Source: Candidatus Eiseniibacteriota bacterium
Lineage (GTDB): Bacteria; Eisenbacteria; RBG-16-71-46
Direction of reading: 5' to 3'
NCBI GenBank assembly: GCA_041483195.1
Contig: JBGPFC010000008.1
Coordinates: forward strand, 64,467-128,466
Length of the DNA stretch: 64,000 nt
The position numbers were made by a program, and so were the translations under genes. Shown here piece after piece: positions 38,884 to 48,120 of this stretch. Numbering within the stretch: the first letter of the stretch is position 1; each line of letters opens with the position of its first letter. The notes under the pieces were generated by a model that was given only the letters and a program-made list of their open reading frames with translations, had not been told where the DNA came from and searched no databases.

Positions 38884-40428
38884 ATGCCCACCCCGCTGAG
38901 AGCGCTCGTCGTCGAAGATCGTCCCTCCGACATCGAACTGATGACGCGGGTGCTGCGCGCCGACGATTTCGTCCCCGAAATCGTCGCCGTGGAGACCGAG
39001 CGGGACTACCTGACGAATCTGAGCCGGGGATGGGACGTCATCCTCTCGGATTACTCGATGCCGCAGTTCAATGCGACCCGGGCGCTGTCGCTGCTCCAGG
39101 AAGCGGGCCTCGACATTCCGTTTCTGGTCATCACCGGGAGCATCAGCGAAGAGGTCGCGGTCGAGTGCATGAAGCAGGGGGCGACCGACTATCTGCTCAA
39201 GGATCGGCTCACGCGCCTGGGGCCGGCGGTGCGGCGCGCCCTCGCCGAAAAACAAATGCGGCAGCAGCGCCTGGAAATGGAGGCGCAGCTCCGGCAGTCC
39301 CAGAAGATGGAGGGAATGGGCCGCCTCGCGGGCGGCATCGCGCACGATTTCAACAACCTGCTGACGATCATCTGCGGCTACACGGAAATGGTGCTGTCGA
39401 GACTCGAGCCCGAGAGCGAAGCCGTGGATTACCTGCGCCAGGTGCAGGGCGCGACCGACCGGGCGCGGAACCTGACCCAGCAGATCCTCGCGTTCAGCCG
39501 CAAGCAGATGCTCGAGACGCGGGTGATCAACCTGAACGCGGAGGTCTCGTCGATCGAGAGCATGCTCCGGCGTTTGATCGGCTCCGACGTCGAGATCGTG
39601 ACTCACCTCGACCCGCTGCTCGGCAACGCGAGGGCCGATTCCGCCCAGGTCCAGCAGGTGCTGCTGAACCTCGTCGTGAACGCGCGCGACGCGATGCCGC
39701 AAGGCGGAACGCTCACGCTCCAGACGGCCAACATCGTGCAGGACGATGCCGCGGCGTCCCGCCGGCCGGAGCTGCCGGCGGGCGAGTACGTGATGCTGGC
39801 CGTCCGTGACACCGGTTCCGGAATGCCCCCCGACACGCTCAGCCACGCGTTCGAGCCGTTCTTCACCACCAAGTCGGCGGGCCAGGGCACCGGCCTCGGC
39901 CTGGCGACCGTGTTTGGAATCGTGAAGCAGCACGGCGGACACGTGGCGGCCGTCTCCGAACCCGGCCGGGGAACCGTCATTCAGATTTATCTCCCCCGCA
40001 CGCACGAGGCCTACGACGAGCCCGAGCTCATCCCGGCCCCGCGTTCGGCGGGCCGGCACTCCGGGACCATCCTGCTCGTGGAGGACGAAGATTCCATCCG
40101 GAGCATGATCGCGAGGGTGATCGGCAAGGAAGGGTATCGGGTGCTCGAGGCCGAGAACGCGCGTCACGCCGAGCAGATCGCGTCAGAGTACTCGGGCCCG
40201 ATCGACCTGCTGCTGACCGACGTGATCCTCCCGGGGATGCGCGGCACCGAGCTGCACCGGCGGGTTCGCGCGAATCGGCCCAGCCTCAAGGTGCTCTACA
40301 TCTCGGGCTACTCGGACAACGTGATCGTCGAGGACCAGGACGCCATACCTTCTGAGTGCTTCCTGCAGAAGCCATTCCGGCTCGGCGATCTGAATCAGCG
40401 CATCGATCAGTTGCTCGATCATCCCTGA
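38884..40428 (+). CDS. Hybrid kinase REC-HisKA-HATPase-REC
   Basis: [22 protein letters not shown] and FEPFFTTK; N- and C-terminal receiver domains. Confidence 0.93.
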   Translation: MPTPLRALVVEDRPSDIELMTRVLRADDFVPEIVAVETERDYLTNLSRGWDVILSDYSMPQFNATRALSLLQEAGLDIPFLVITGSISEEVAVECMKQGATDYLLKDRLTRLGPAVRRALAEKQMRQQRLEMEAQLRQSQKMEGMGRLAGGIAHDFNNLLTIICGYTEMVLSRLEPESEAVDYLRQVQGATDRARNLTQQILAFSRKQMLETRVINLNAEVSSIESMLRRLIGSDVEIVTHLDPLLGNARADSAQVQQVLLNLVVNARDAMPQGGTLTLQTANIVQDDAAASRRPELPAGEYVMLAVRDTGSGMPPDTLSHAFEPFFTTKSAGQGTGLGLATVFGIVKQHGGHVAAVSEPGRGTVIQIYLPRTHEAYDEPELIPAPRSAGRHSGTILLVEDEDSIRSMIARVIGKEGYRVLEAENARHAEQIASEYSGPIDLLLTDVILPGMRGTELHRRVRANRPSLKVLYISGYSDNVIVEDQDAIPSECFLQKPFRLGDLNQRIDQLLDHP

Positions 40429-40488
40429 TCCGCCGTGCCGGCCGCCCGGCGCGCTTCGGCCCAGCGGCGGGTCCGGCCCGAGGCCCAC

Positions 40489-41511
40489 ATGCTGAGACTC
40501 GCGCTGCTCGCCGTCCTGGTGGTGGTGTCGTCGCCTCCCGCGCGGGGCGCGGCCGCCCCGGATTCCACTTCGGCGGTCGCAGAGCTCGGGCGCGAGGCCG
40601 TGGCCCTGCGGCCGCTCGCGAAGTCGCGGCTCGTGAGACGGTTTCTCGCGGCGAGCGCCGGACTCCCGTCGATCGCACCGCGCACGCTCACCTACGATTC
40701 TTCGCGCACGCGCTACTACAACGAAAGCGAGGCGACCGCTCTGCCCGACACGGCGCGCGCGCACATGCTCCAGCGCACGCTGGATGAGAGCTTCTACTAC
40801 ACCACGCGCTACGGCTCGCCGCTCGCGTACTCGCGCGCGCTCGAGTTGCTCGCGGCGCATGGGCTCGCCGACATCGGGGGCCGGCGCATCGCCGACTTCG
40901 GCTATGGCACGGTGGGGCATCTGCGCCTGCTCGCGAGCCTCGGGGCGGACGTGCACGGGATCGAGGTGGACCCGCTGCTGCGGGCACTCTATTCCTACCC
41001 GGGCGACCAGGGCGCGATCGAAGGCGCGGGCGGCAGGCGCGGAACGCTCACGCTCCACTCCGGCCGCTTCCCGGCCGAGCCCGAGATCACGGAGGCGGTC
41101 GGCGGCGGGTACGACCTGTTCCTCTCGAAGAACACGCTCAAGAACGGGTACCTTCATCCCGCCCGGCCCGTGACCCCCCGCATGCGGGTTCAGCTCGGCG
41201 TCGACGACACGTCGTTCGTCCGCCACCTCGCCGGCATGCTCCGGCCGGGCGGGCTCGTCATGATCTACAACCTGTGCCCGGCTCCCGCGCCGCCCGACCA
41301 GCCGTACATTCCATGGGCCGATGGCCGATGTCCGTTCGCACGCGCGCTGTGGGAGAGCGCGGGCTTCGTGGTGCTGGAGTTCGACCGCGACGATTCCCCC
41401 GCGGCGCGCGCGATGGGGCATGCGCTGGGCTGGGATCGAGGCGAGAATCCCATGGACGTCGAGCACGACCTGTTCGCCACCTGGACGCTGGTGCGGAAGA
41501 GAGGCGGGTGA
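40489..41511 (+). CDS. Exported protein with class I SAM-methyltransferase-like fold
   Basis: Signal peptide; IADFGYG, VHGIEVD, YDLFLS and LRPGGLVMIY. Confidence 0.65.
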   Translation: MLRLALLAVLVVVSSPPARGAAAPDSTSAVAELGREAVALRPLAKSRLVRRFLAASAGLPSIAPRTLTYDSSRTRYYNESEATALPDTARAHMLQRTLDESFYYTTRYGSPLAYSRALELLAAHGLADIGGRRIADFGYGTVGHLRLLASLGADVHGIEVDPLLRALYSYPGDQGAIEGAGGRRGTLTLHSGRFPAEPEITEAVGGGYDLFLSKNTLKNGYLHPARPVTPRMRVQLGVDDTSFVRHLAGMLRPGGLVMIYNLCPAPAPPDQPYIPWADGRCPFARALWESAGFVVLEFDRDDSPAARAMGHALGWDRGENPMDVEHDLFATWTLVRKRGG

Positions 41512-41923
41512 CGCTCTTCCGGTGATCGCGTCGGCCGCCGAGCGCTGCGGACCCGATGCGTTCACAGGGGCCGAACCCGGTGGCCGGCACAATCGCGCGC
41601 GGCTCGGGTTCAGGGTCGCCACACAAAGTTTATCAGCGCCGAAACCCGCCACGCTTCGATTCAGAGTGCCTCGAGATCACGGCGCGCTCGTCCAAAATCA
41701 GCGATGCGGGGCACTCGCTTCCGAATTTGTCCTTCCCTTCGGCGGCTCGCGCCCCGTACCCTGATGTCAGAATATTGCGAGATGCGGTTTTCGTCGTCTC
41801 CGCCGCGGGCCCGGAGCGACGATGTGGTGCTGCCCTCCCAACCACATGAGTTTAGGAGTCCGTGCACGGAGCCACCCCAGGCTCATGCATGTCATTCGCG
41901 GTTCACCACAGCCGGAGGAAAGT

Positions 41924-44836
41924 ATGACACCCAGGACACTGCGGCGCACCTCGCTCACTGTTGCGCTGGTGGCGGCCATGGTCGCGCTGGTCGCGACGTA
42001 CGCCCCCCGTTCCGCCACGGCGCAAGACACCGGCCCCATCTACCTCAGGGGAAACCAGGCTGTTCAGGACGATCGCATTCAGCTGCTCCGCGAGGAGTTC
42101 CGTGAGCGGCAGAAGGAAATCCGCGAGCAGACCGAGCGCGCGAAGCACGCGAAGCATGCAAAGCAGGCGCACGGACGGAAGGCCGAACAGTCCACCACGA
42201 ACGATGACTACGCCGGCCGCAGCGCATCGCTGGCGCGTTCCGCTTCGCCATTCGGCATCGATCGCATTCTTGTCGCCCCGACAAACGTCAAGGCCAACGA
42301 CAAGACCGGCGATGCTGTCGGCGCCGGACAGGCGGAGCAGAGCAGCGCGTTCCTCGGCCTCAACGGCCTGTGCGCGTGGAATGACGGCCAGGGTTTCAAC
42401 CTGACCCCGCAGGACGTGCAGGGCTACGGCTGGTCGAACGACGGCGGTGCGACCTGGACCGACGGCGGCATTCCGCTCAAGAGCGGCACCATCGCGACCT
42501 GGTCGAGCGATCCGTCCGTCACGGTCAACGAAAAGACCGGCGACTTCTACTACACAGGGCTCACCACGAACACGGGCACCAACAACAACGGCGTCGCGGT
42601 GGCGCGTGGCCATTTCACCGCCGGCGTGTTCGGGTGGGACGCGACGACGCAGGTGGCCGCCGGCCCCGGCGCCAGCCAGGGATTCGACAAGGAGTGGATG
42701 TGCGCCGATTCGTCCAACGGCAACCTCTACGTCACCTGGACGCTGTTCGTCCCCGGTGCTGACAACATTTTCTTCTCGCGCTCCACGAACAACGGCGCCA
42801 CCTGGAGCGCTCCGCTCCAGATCAACGGCACGTGGGAAAGCGGCCTGGTATCCGGCTCGCGCCCGATGGTGGGACCGAACGGTGAGGTCTACGTCCAGTA
42901 CACCGCGATCGGCCCGGTGGATGCCGACTCGGTCAAGATCGCCAAGTCCACGAACGGCGGCGCCAGCTTCTCGCCGGCGGTGGTGGCCATGACCGAGTAC
43001 GACAACTACTTCACCGGCGGGCCGGGATTCAATCGCCCGCGCGCGGTCACGTTCGCGTCCGGGGCCGTGGATCGCAGCACGGGCCCGAATCGCGGCCGCG
43101 TGTACATGACGATCCAGGACTGCGTGAACTTCTACGGCGATGGATTCTTCATCAACAGCGGCAGGAGCGAGGTCGAGGTCAACAACGGGTTTGCCAACGC
43201 GACACCGTTCACGATCGGTCAGACGCTGCGTGGCTCGCTGACCCTTGTGACGGACCAGGACTGGTTCAGTTTCCCCGCGACGATGGGGACGACTTACCTC
43301 TTCTACGTAGACTCGCTCCGGACCACAAGCCTCAGATACCAGATGCGTCTCTACTGCCCGAACGACACGACGATTCTGTCACGCCTCGCATCCAGTGGCG
43401 CCCAGGCCACCACTAGCGCGCAGAATTCGCACTCCCTGATCGTGTGGACCGCCCCGACCACGAATACCTATTACCTGCGCATGATCCCGTTGACGGTGAG
43501 TGCCGTCAACGGCGGCTACCGCATCCTGACCGGCACGCATGCGCCGAGCGGGTCGGACGTCGCCCGCGACACGCGCGACGTCATGATGTCGTCTTCGGCC
43601 AACGGCGTGACGGGGTGGAGCCCCCGGGTGCGCGTGAACGACGATCTGGCGCTGTACGACAACTGGCTGCCCGAGGTGGCGGTCCCGTGCGACGGCAAGC
43701 CATACATCATGTGGTTCGACTGGCGGGACACGCCGGCCTCATGCTTCGGCGGTACCAATATCTACCTCTCGCGCTCGACCGACGCCGGCGCAACTTGGGC
43801 GGCGAATCAGACGGCCACCACTGCGACCACCGCCAACTGGACGCAGGTGGCCAGCAACATCGCGCCGAACCAGGGCGACTACAACGGCATGTACGGCGGC
43901 GACTGCGTCGCCCTCTCCATGGCCGACGGCCGCCTCGGCGACGCCGACGTGTTCACCGCCCGGATCACCACCGGGTTCACGCTGAGCGGCTGCCCCGGCG
44001 ATCAGGTGGTGGTCGCGTCAACGACCTTCAGCGGCGGCGTTACCGTGAACAACCTGAACCAGATGTTCGGCAACACCTACACGTACACGGTGTCGGTGGA
44101 TCGCAACTGGCCCGGCTTCCCGGCGACGAGCAACGTCTCCACGGGAGCGCTCGGATCCGGCGCGATTCCCATCTCCATCCCGGTTCCGGACTCCGCGGCG
44201 CACCTCGAAGTCGTGAGGGTGTGCGTCACGGTCTCGCAGGATGGCGCGTGCGTGTCGCAGTGCTGCTTCAACCTCACGGTGACCAACCCGACCACCGGAG
44301 CGCTGGCGTCGCTCGCAAGCTCGAGCGCCGAACCCGGCCACGTGAGCCTGAGGTGGTTCGTGCAGGGCTCTTCGGCGGTGAAGGTGTACCGCACCGAGGA
44401 CGGCGCGGGCTGGACTTCGCTGGGCATGGTCTTGCCGAGCGCAGGCTACGTGAACTTCGAGGACACGAACGTCCGCGCGGGGATTCGGTACGGGTATCGC
44501 CTCGGCATTCCCTCGGGTGGCAGCGAGATCCTCGCCGGCCAGACGTGGGTCGAGGTTCCGCTCACCGCCGAGTTCGCGCTCAGTCGCGTGTTCCCGAATC
44601 CGGCGTCGGAAGGCTTCTCGGTCAGCTTCTCGCTGACGAGCAAGGCTCCCGCGACGCTGGATATCATCGATCTGAGCGGACGCCGCGTGCTGACGCGCGA
44701 GGTCGGCTCGATGGGCGTCGGCCGTCATACGCTCTCGCTCGAGACCGAGACCGGCCGTCTGCCGATCGGCGTGTACGCGATCCGTCTCACGCAGGGTCAC
44801 AGCGTGGCGAAGGCCAAGGTCAGCGTGCTGCGCTAG
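41924..44836 (+). CDS. Secreted Asp-box (BNR/sialidase-like) protein with inserted PPC-like domain and C-terminal T9SS/FlgD-like sorting domain
   Basis: GGAGGA RBS and signal peptide; SNDGGATW, STNNGATW, STNGGASF, STDAGATW; EVEVNN..DQDWFSF; VFPNP...DLSGRRV...GVYAIRL. Confidence 0.85.
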   Translation: MTPRTLRRTSLTVALVAAMVALVATYAPRSATAQDTGPIYLRGNQAVQDDRIQLLREEFRERQKEIREQTERAKHAKHAKQAHGRKAEQSTTNDDYAGRSASLARSASPFGIDRILVAPTNVKANDKTGDAVGAGQAEQSSAFLGLNGLCAWNDGQGFNLTPQDVQGYGWSNDGGATWTDGGIPLKSGTIATWSSDPSVTVNEKTGDFYYTGLTTNTGTNNNGVAVARGHFTAGVFGWDATTQVAAGPGASQGFDKEWMCADSSNGNLYVTWTLFVPGADNIFFSRSTNNGATWSAPLQINGTWESGLVSGSRPMVGPNGEVYVQYTAIGPVDADSVKIAKSTNGGASFSPAVVAMTEYDNYFTGGPGFNRPRAVTFASGAVDRSTGPNRGRVYMTIQDCVNFYGDGFFINSGRSEVEVNNGFANATPFTIGQTLRGSLTLVTDQDWFSFPATMGTTYLFYVDSLRTTSLRYQMRLYCPNDTTILSRLASSGAQATTSAQNSHSLIVWTAPTTNTYYLRMIPLTVSAVNGGYRILTGTHAPSGSDVARDTRDVMMSSSANGVTGWSPRVRVNDDLALYDNWLPEVAVPCDGKPYIMWFDWRDTPASCFGGTNIYLSRSTDAGATWAANQTATTATTANWTQVASNIAPNQGDYNGMYGGDCVALSMADGRLGDADVFTARITTGFTLSGCPGDQVVVASTTFSGGVTVNNLNQMFGNTYTYTVSVDRNWPGFPATSNVSTGALGSGAIPISIPVPDSAAHLEVVRVCVTVSQDGACVSQCCFNLTVTNPTTGALASLASSSAEPGHVSLRWFVQGSSAVKVYRTEDGAGWTSLGMVLPSAGYVNFEDTNVRAGIRYGYRLGIPSGGSEILAGQTWVEVPLTAEFALSRVFPNPASEGFSVSFSLTSKAPATLDIIDLSGRRVLTREVGSMGVGRHTLSLETETGRLPIGVYAIRLTQGHSVAKAKVSVLR

Positions 44837-44863
44837 TCGGCTCGTAGCTTCAGAGGCACCCGG

Positions 44864-44897
44864 GAGGGCCGGCGCGCGAGCGCCGGCCCTCTTCGTT
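44864..44897 (+). terminator. Intrinsic terminator
   Basis: GAGGGCCGGCGC-GCGA-GCGCCGGCCCTC followed by TTCGTT. Confidence 0.8.
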
Positions 44898-44920
44898 GGT
44901 GCGCGCGTGCGCCGGCCGGA

Positions 44921-45340
44921 TCAGATGTCGAGCACGAGGCGGCAGCGGCACGCGCGCGGCTCGAGGTCGAGCTCGAGCGCGTGGTGCGAGACGGCCTTCA
45001 GCTCGCGTAGAAAGGTCTGGCGCGCAGGGTCGCGCGGCACACCCTCGAGCCGCCCGGAGAGGGTCGTCGGGGTCAGGCGTTCCACCACGGCGCGGGTCCA
45101 CACCGCCCGGCGCAGATCGGCCTCGAGCAGCGCGGTGTTGAGCCAGTGCACCATGAGATCGCGGGGGTCGTCGCCCTCGAGCTCGATCTCCACTTCCAGC
45201 TCGGGCTCGCCGGCTGGAGCCTCGATCGTCTGTGCGAGCAGCGCCTCGGCCGCGAGCGCGTACAATCGCTCCGGCGTCGCGGCCCATACCTCGAGCCCGA
45301 GATCGGCGGTATGGTCGAACGTTTGAAAGCCCTCGCTCAT
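44921..45340 (-). CDS. Archease
   Basis: DHTADLGLEVW, WLN.LL and ELKAVSHH...LVLDI motifs. Confidence 0.9.
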   Translation of the reverse strand: MSEGFQTFDHTADLGLEVWAATPERLYALAAEALLAQTIEAPAGEPELEVEIELEGDDPRDLMVHWLNTALLEADLRRAVWTRAVVERLTPTTLSGRLEGVPRDPARQTFLRELKAVSHHALELDLEPRACRCRLVLDI

Positions 45341-45368
45341 GCCGGAGAGTGTACGCGAGACCGCGGCG

Positions 45369-46088
45369 TTACAGGAGTTGCCGCGAGCGCAGGCTCACCA
45401 CGCCGCGCTCGGCGACGATCACGTGATCGAGAACTCCGATCCCGACCAGCTCGCCGACCTGCACCAGGCGCCGGGTGATCGAGAGGTCCTCCTCGCTGGG
45501 CTCGGGATCGCCGCTCGGATGATTGTGCACCAGCACCACGCTCGCCGCCGAGTGGAGAATCGCAGGCAGGAACACCTCGCGCGGATGAACGATCGAGGCG
45601 TTCAGGCTGCCGATCGAAACGGTCTCGCGGCACTGCAGCTCGTGACGCGCATTGAGCAGCAGCACGACGAAGTGCTCCTTGCGCGCGCGGGGAAGGTCGC
45701 GCACCTGGGCCAGCACGTCGTCCGGGCCGCGGATCGCGGCGCTGGTCGCCGCGCGCTCGCACGCACGCCGCCCGAGCTCGAATGCCGCGGACAGGGCCGC
45801 GGCGCGGGCGGGGCCGATTCCCTGCACCCGCAACCAGCGTGCGGACGACCATCGCGCCAGCTCGGAGGGCGGCTGGCGCGCGAGCCGCCGCCCGATGCGA
45901 AGCGCGCTGCGCCCCGCGCTGCCGGTGCCGACCACCAGCGCGATCAGCTCGGCGTCGGCGAGCGCCCCGGCGCCCCGGGCGCGCAACTTCTCGCGCGGCC
46001 TGAGCCCCCCCGGCCCGTGCGCTGGCGCCGGGGCCATCACGCCGCCGGCCGCGGCGAACGGCGCCGATGGGAACTCTTCGCTTTTCAT
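45369..46088 (-). CDS. radC: RadC/JAB-domain protein
   Basis: RPREKL...AL.DAELIAL, GIGPA, VHPREVF and HNHPSGDPEPS.ED. Start uncertain (46088 or 46038). Confidence 0.93.
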   Translation of the reverse strand: MKSEEFPSAPFAAAGGVMAPAPAHGPGGLRPREKLRARGAGALADAELIALVVGTGSAGRSALRIGRRLARQPPSELARWSSARWLRVQGIGPARAAALSAAFELGRRACERAATSAAIRGPDDVLAQVRDLPRARKEHFVVLLLNARHELQCRETVSIGSLNASIVHPREVFLPAILHSAASVVLVHNHPSGDPEPSEEDLSITRRLVQVGELVGIGVLDHVIVAERGVVSLRSRQLL

Positions 46089-46178
46089 CGTGGGAGGATC
46101 TCGGTCATAATCTCGCGTTCGGTCCGGTCGCGCGGACTCTCGCCCCTCAGGGGCATTCGATCCATCGGAGGCGGCTGC

Positions 46179-47096
46179 ATGCGACGTGCCATACTCGGGT
46201 CTGCGGTGGCGTTGTGCGCGGCGGGGTTGCTCGCCACCGACGCCGGAGCACCCCCTCAGGTCGTGAACCTCGTGAACGGTATCGGGCTGATCGATTACAC
46301 GCGCAAGCCCGACTTCAAGGTCGGCGACTGGGTGCGCTACCACATCACGGCCCGCAGCGTGCTCGGCGCGCGCGACGACTACATGGTCACGGTGGTGATC
46401 GCCGGGGAAGAAACGTTCTGGGGTGAGGACGGGTTCTGGGTGGAGTCCTGGACCGAACCGATCGACCGGGCTCCGCAGGCGATCGCGACGTTCATGTCTT
46501 TCGCGGTCTTCGGTGACACCCTCCCGCTCCCGCACATGACGCTCTACCAGCGCAAGAGCATCAGCGAAGTGACGGAGGACGGACGGCCGGTGGAGACGCT
46601 CGCGCGCCGCCCTCCTGGGAGCCTGAAGGCGCGCTCACCGATCGACGATCAAGTCCATTGGAGCATCGACACGCTGGGCGTCGACACGGTGAGCGTCCCC
46701 ACCGGCCTGTATCAGTGCGCCAAGGTGCTGACGCGTCAGGGCAAGGGCGCGAAGACCGACGTGGGTGACAGCACGCTCTACACCGAAGTGCACGACGAGC
46801 GCGTGACGTACATCTCGCGCCAGGTGCCGATCACGAGCCTGGTCCGCGAAGACATCGACTACTGGTTCCAGCGTCGCACGTGGCAGATCGGCCGCTCGCA
46901 GGAGGCCGCTCCCATGCACATGATGGAGCACTCGACCGGGACGGCGCGCCTCGTGGGGTTCGGAAGCGGCATGGTCCCGCGCCTGGTACCGCCCGAGAAA
47001 CAAAAAATGGTGCGAGCCCAGCAGGCGGGAGCGCCGCCGAAACCCGCACGCGGTCCGGTTCCCGCGAAGCGCGCGCCGCCGCGCGGCTCGGGATGA
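46179..47096 (+). CDS. Exported hypothetical protein
   Basis: GGAGG RBS and signal peptide; FKVGDWVRY and VSVPTG.Y.C.KV. Confidence 0.75.
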   Translation: MRRAILGSAVALCAAGLLATDAGAPPQVVNLVNGIGLIDYTRKPDFKVGDWVRYHITARSVLGARDDYMVTVVIAGEETFWGEDGFWVESWTEPIDRAPQAIATFMSFAVFGDTLPLPHMTLYQRKSISEVTEDGRPVETLARRPPGSLKARSPIDDQVHWSIDTLGVDTVSVPTGLYQCAKVLTRQGKGAKTDVGDSTLYTEVHDERVTYISRQVPITSLVREDIDYWFQRRTWQIGRSQEAAPMHMMEHSTGTARLVGFGSGMVPRLVPPEKQKMVRAQQAGAPPKPARGPVPAKRAPPRGSG

Positions 47097-47132
47097 CGAG
47101 CCGCTGGCGCGCGCCGACCCCGGTCGAGCGCG

Positions 47133-48059
47133 TCAGCCGAGGTTGTCGCCACCCTCCGACTCGAACAGGCCGCTCGCGAATGCTTCCGGGTCGAAGGCGT
47201 CCCAGTCTTCGAGGCCCTCGCCCAGACCGATCACGCTGATCGGCAGCCCGAGCTGGTCGGCGATCGCGAGCACCACGCCGCCTCGCGAGGTTCCGTCCAG
47301 CTTGTTCACCGCCAGGCTCGTCACCGGAATCGCCCGCTGAAATTCGCGCGCCTGTTGCAGGCCGTTCTGGCCGAGCGTTGCGTCGAGCACCAGCAGCACG
47401 TGGTGCGGAGCGCCCGGCACGACCCGCGCGCACACCCGGCCCACCTTCTGAAGCTCCGCCATCAGGTTGTGCTTGGTGTGCAACCGCCCCGCGGTGTCCA
47501 CCAGCACCACCTCGATCCCGCGCGCCCTCGCCGCCGTGAGCCCGTCGTGTACGACCGCCGCGGGATCGCTGCCGTCACGCGCGCGCAGCATCTCGACCCC
47601 GGCGCGCGCGGCCCACACTTCGAGCTGCTCCGCCGCCGCCGCGCGAAACGTGTCGGCCGCGATCAGCAGCGTGGAGCGTCCGGCGCGCGCGAACCTCGCG
47701 GCGAGCTTGCCGCCGAGCGTGGTCTTCCCGACCCCGTTCACCCCGATCAGCAGCGCGACCCAGGGCCGCTCCACGCCCGGCTCGAATCGCGCGAGATTCC
47801 GCCCGAGCATCTCGGCGGCGGTGGCCTCGAGCGCGTGGCGGAGATCGAGCGCTGGCTCGCGGCGCATGCGCTCGCCCGCGAGCTGGATCAGGCGCTCCGC
47901 GGTCGCGGGGCCGACGTCGGCGGCGAGCAGCGCCTCCTCGAGGCGCTCGCGGGCCTCGGCGTCCACCGCGCCGCTCCGGCCGAGCGCGGCCCCCAGCGAT
48001 TGCTCGAGCCGTTCGCGCGTGCGCTGGAGCCCGCTGCGGAATCGCTGCCAGAGGCTCAT
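47133..48059 (-). CDS. ftsY: SRP receptor (short NG-only form)
   Basis: GVNGVGKTT, DTFRAAA, DTAGRLH and KLDGTSRGG motifs. Confidence 0.96.
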   Translation of the reverse strand: MSLWQRFRSGLQRTRERLEQSLGAALGRSGAVDAEARERLEEALLAADVGPATAERLIQLAGERMRREPALDLRHALEATAAEMLGRNLARFEPGVERPWVALLIGVNGVGKTTLGGKLAARFARAGRSTLLIAADTFRAAAAEQLEVWAARAGVEMLRARDGSDPAAVVHDGLTAARARGIEVVLVDTAGRLHTKHNLMAELQKVGRVCARVVPGAPHHVLLVLDATLGQNGLQQAREFQRAIPVTSLAVNKLDGTSRGGVVLAIADQLGLPISVIGLGEGLEDWDAFDPEAFASGLFESEGGDNLG

Positions 48060-48120
48060 GGCCGCATCGCGCGAGATCCCGCCGGGAGACGGCCCGGCCC
48101 TCGTGGCCGGTGTCGCACGC

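Noticed and set aside
41620..41650. CAAAGTTT...GCCGAAAC sigma28-like site
   Set aside because: The spacing is 5 nt too short for the consensus.
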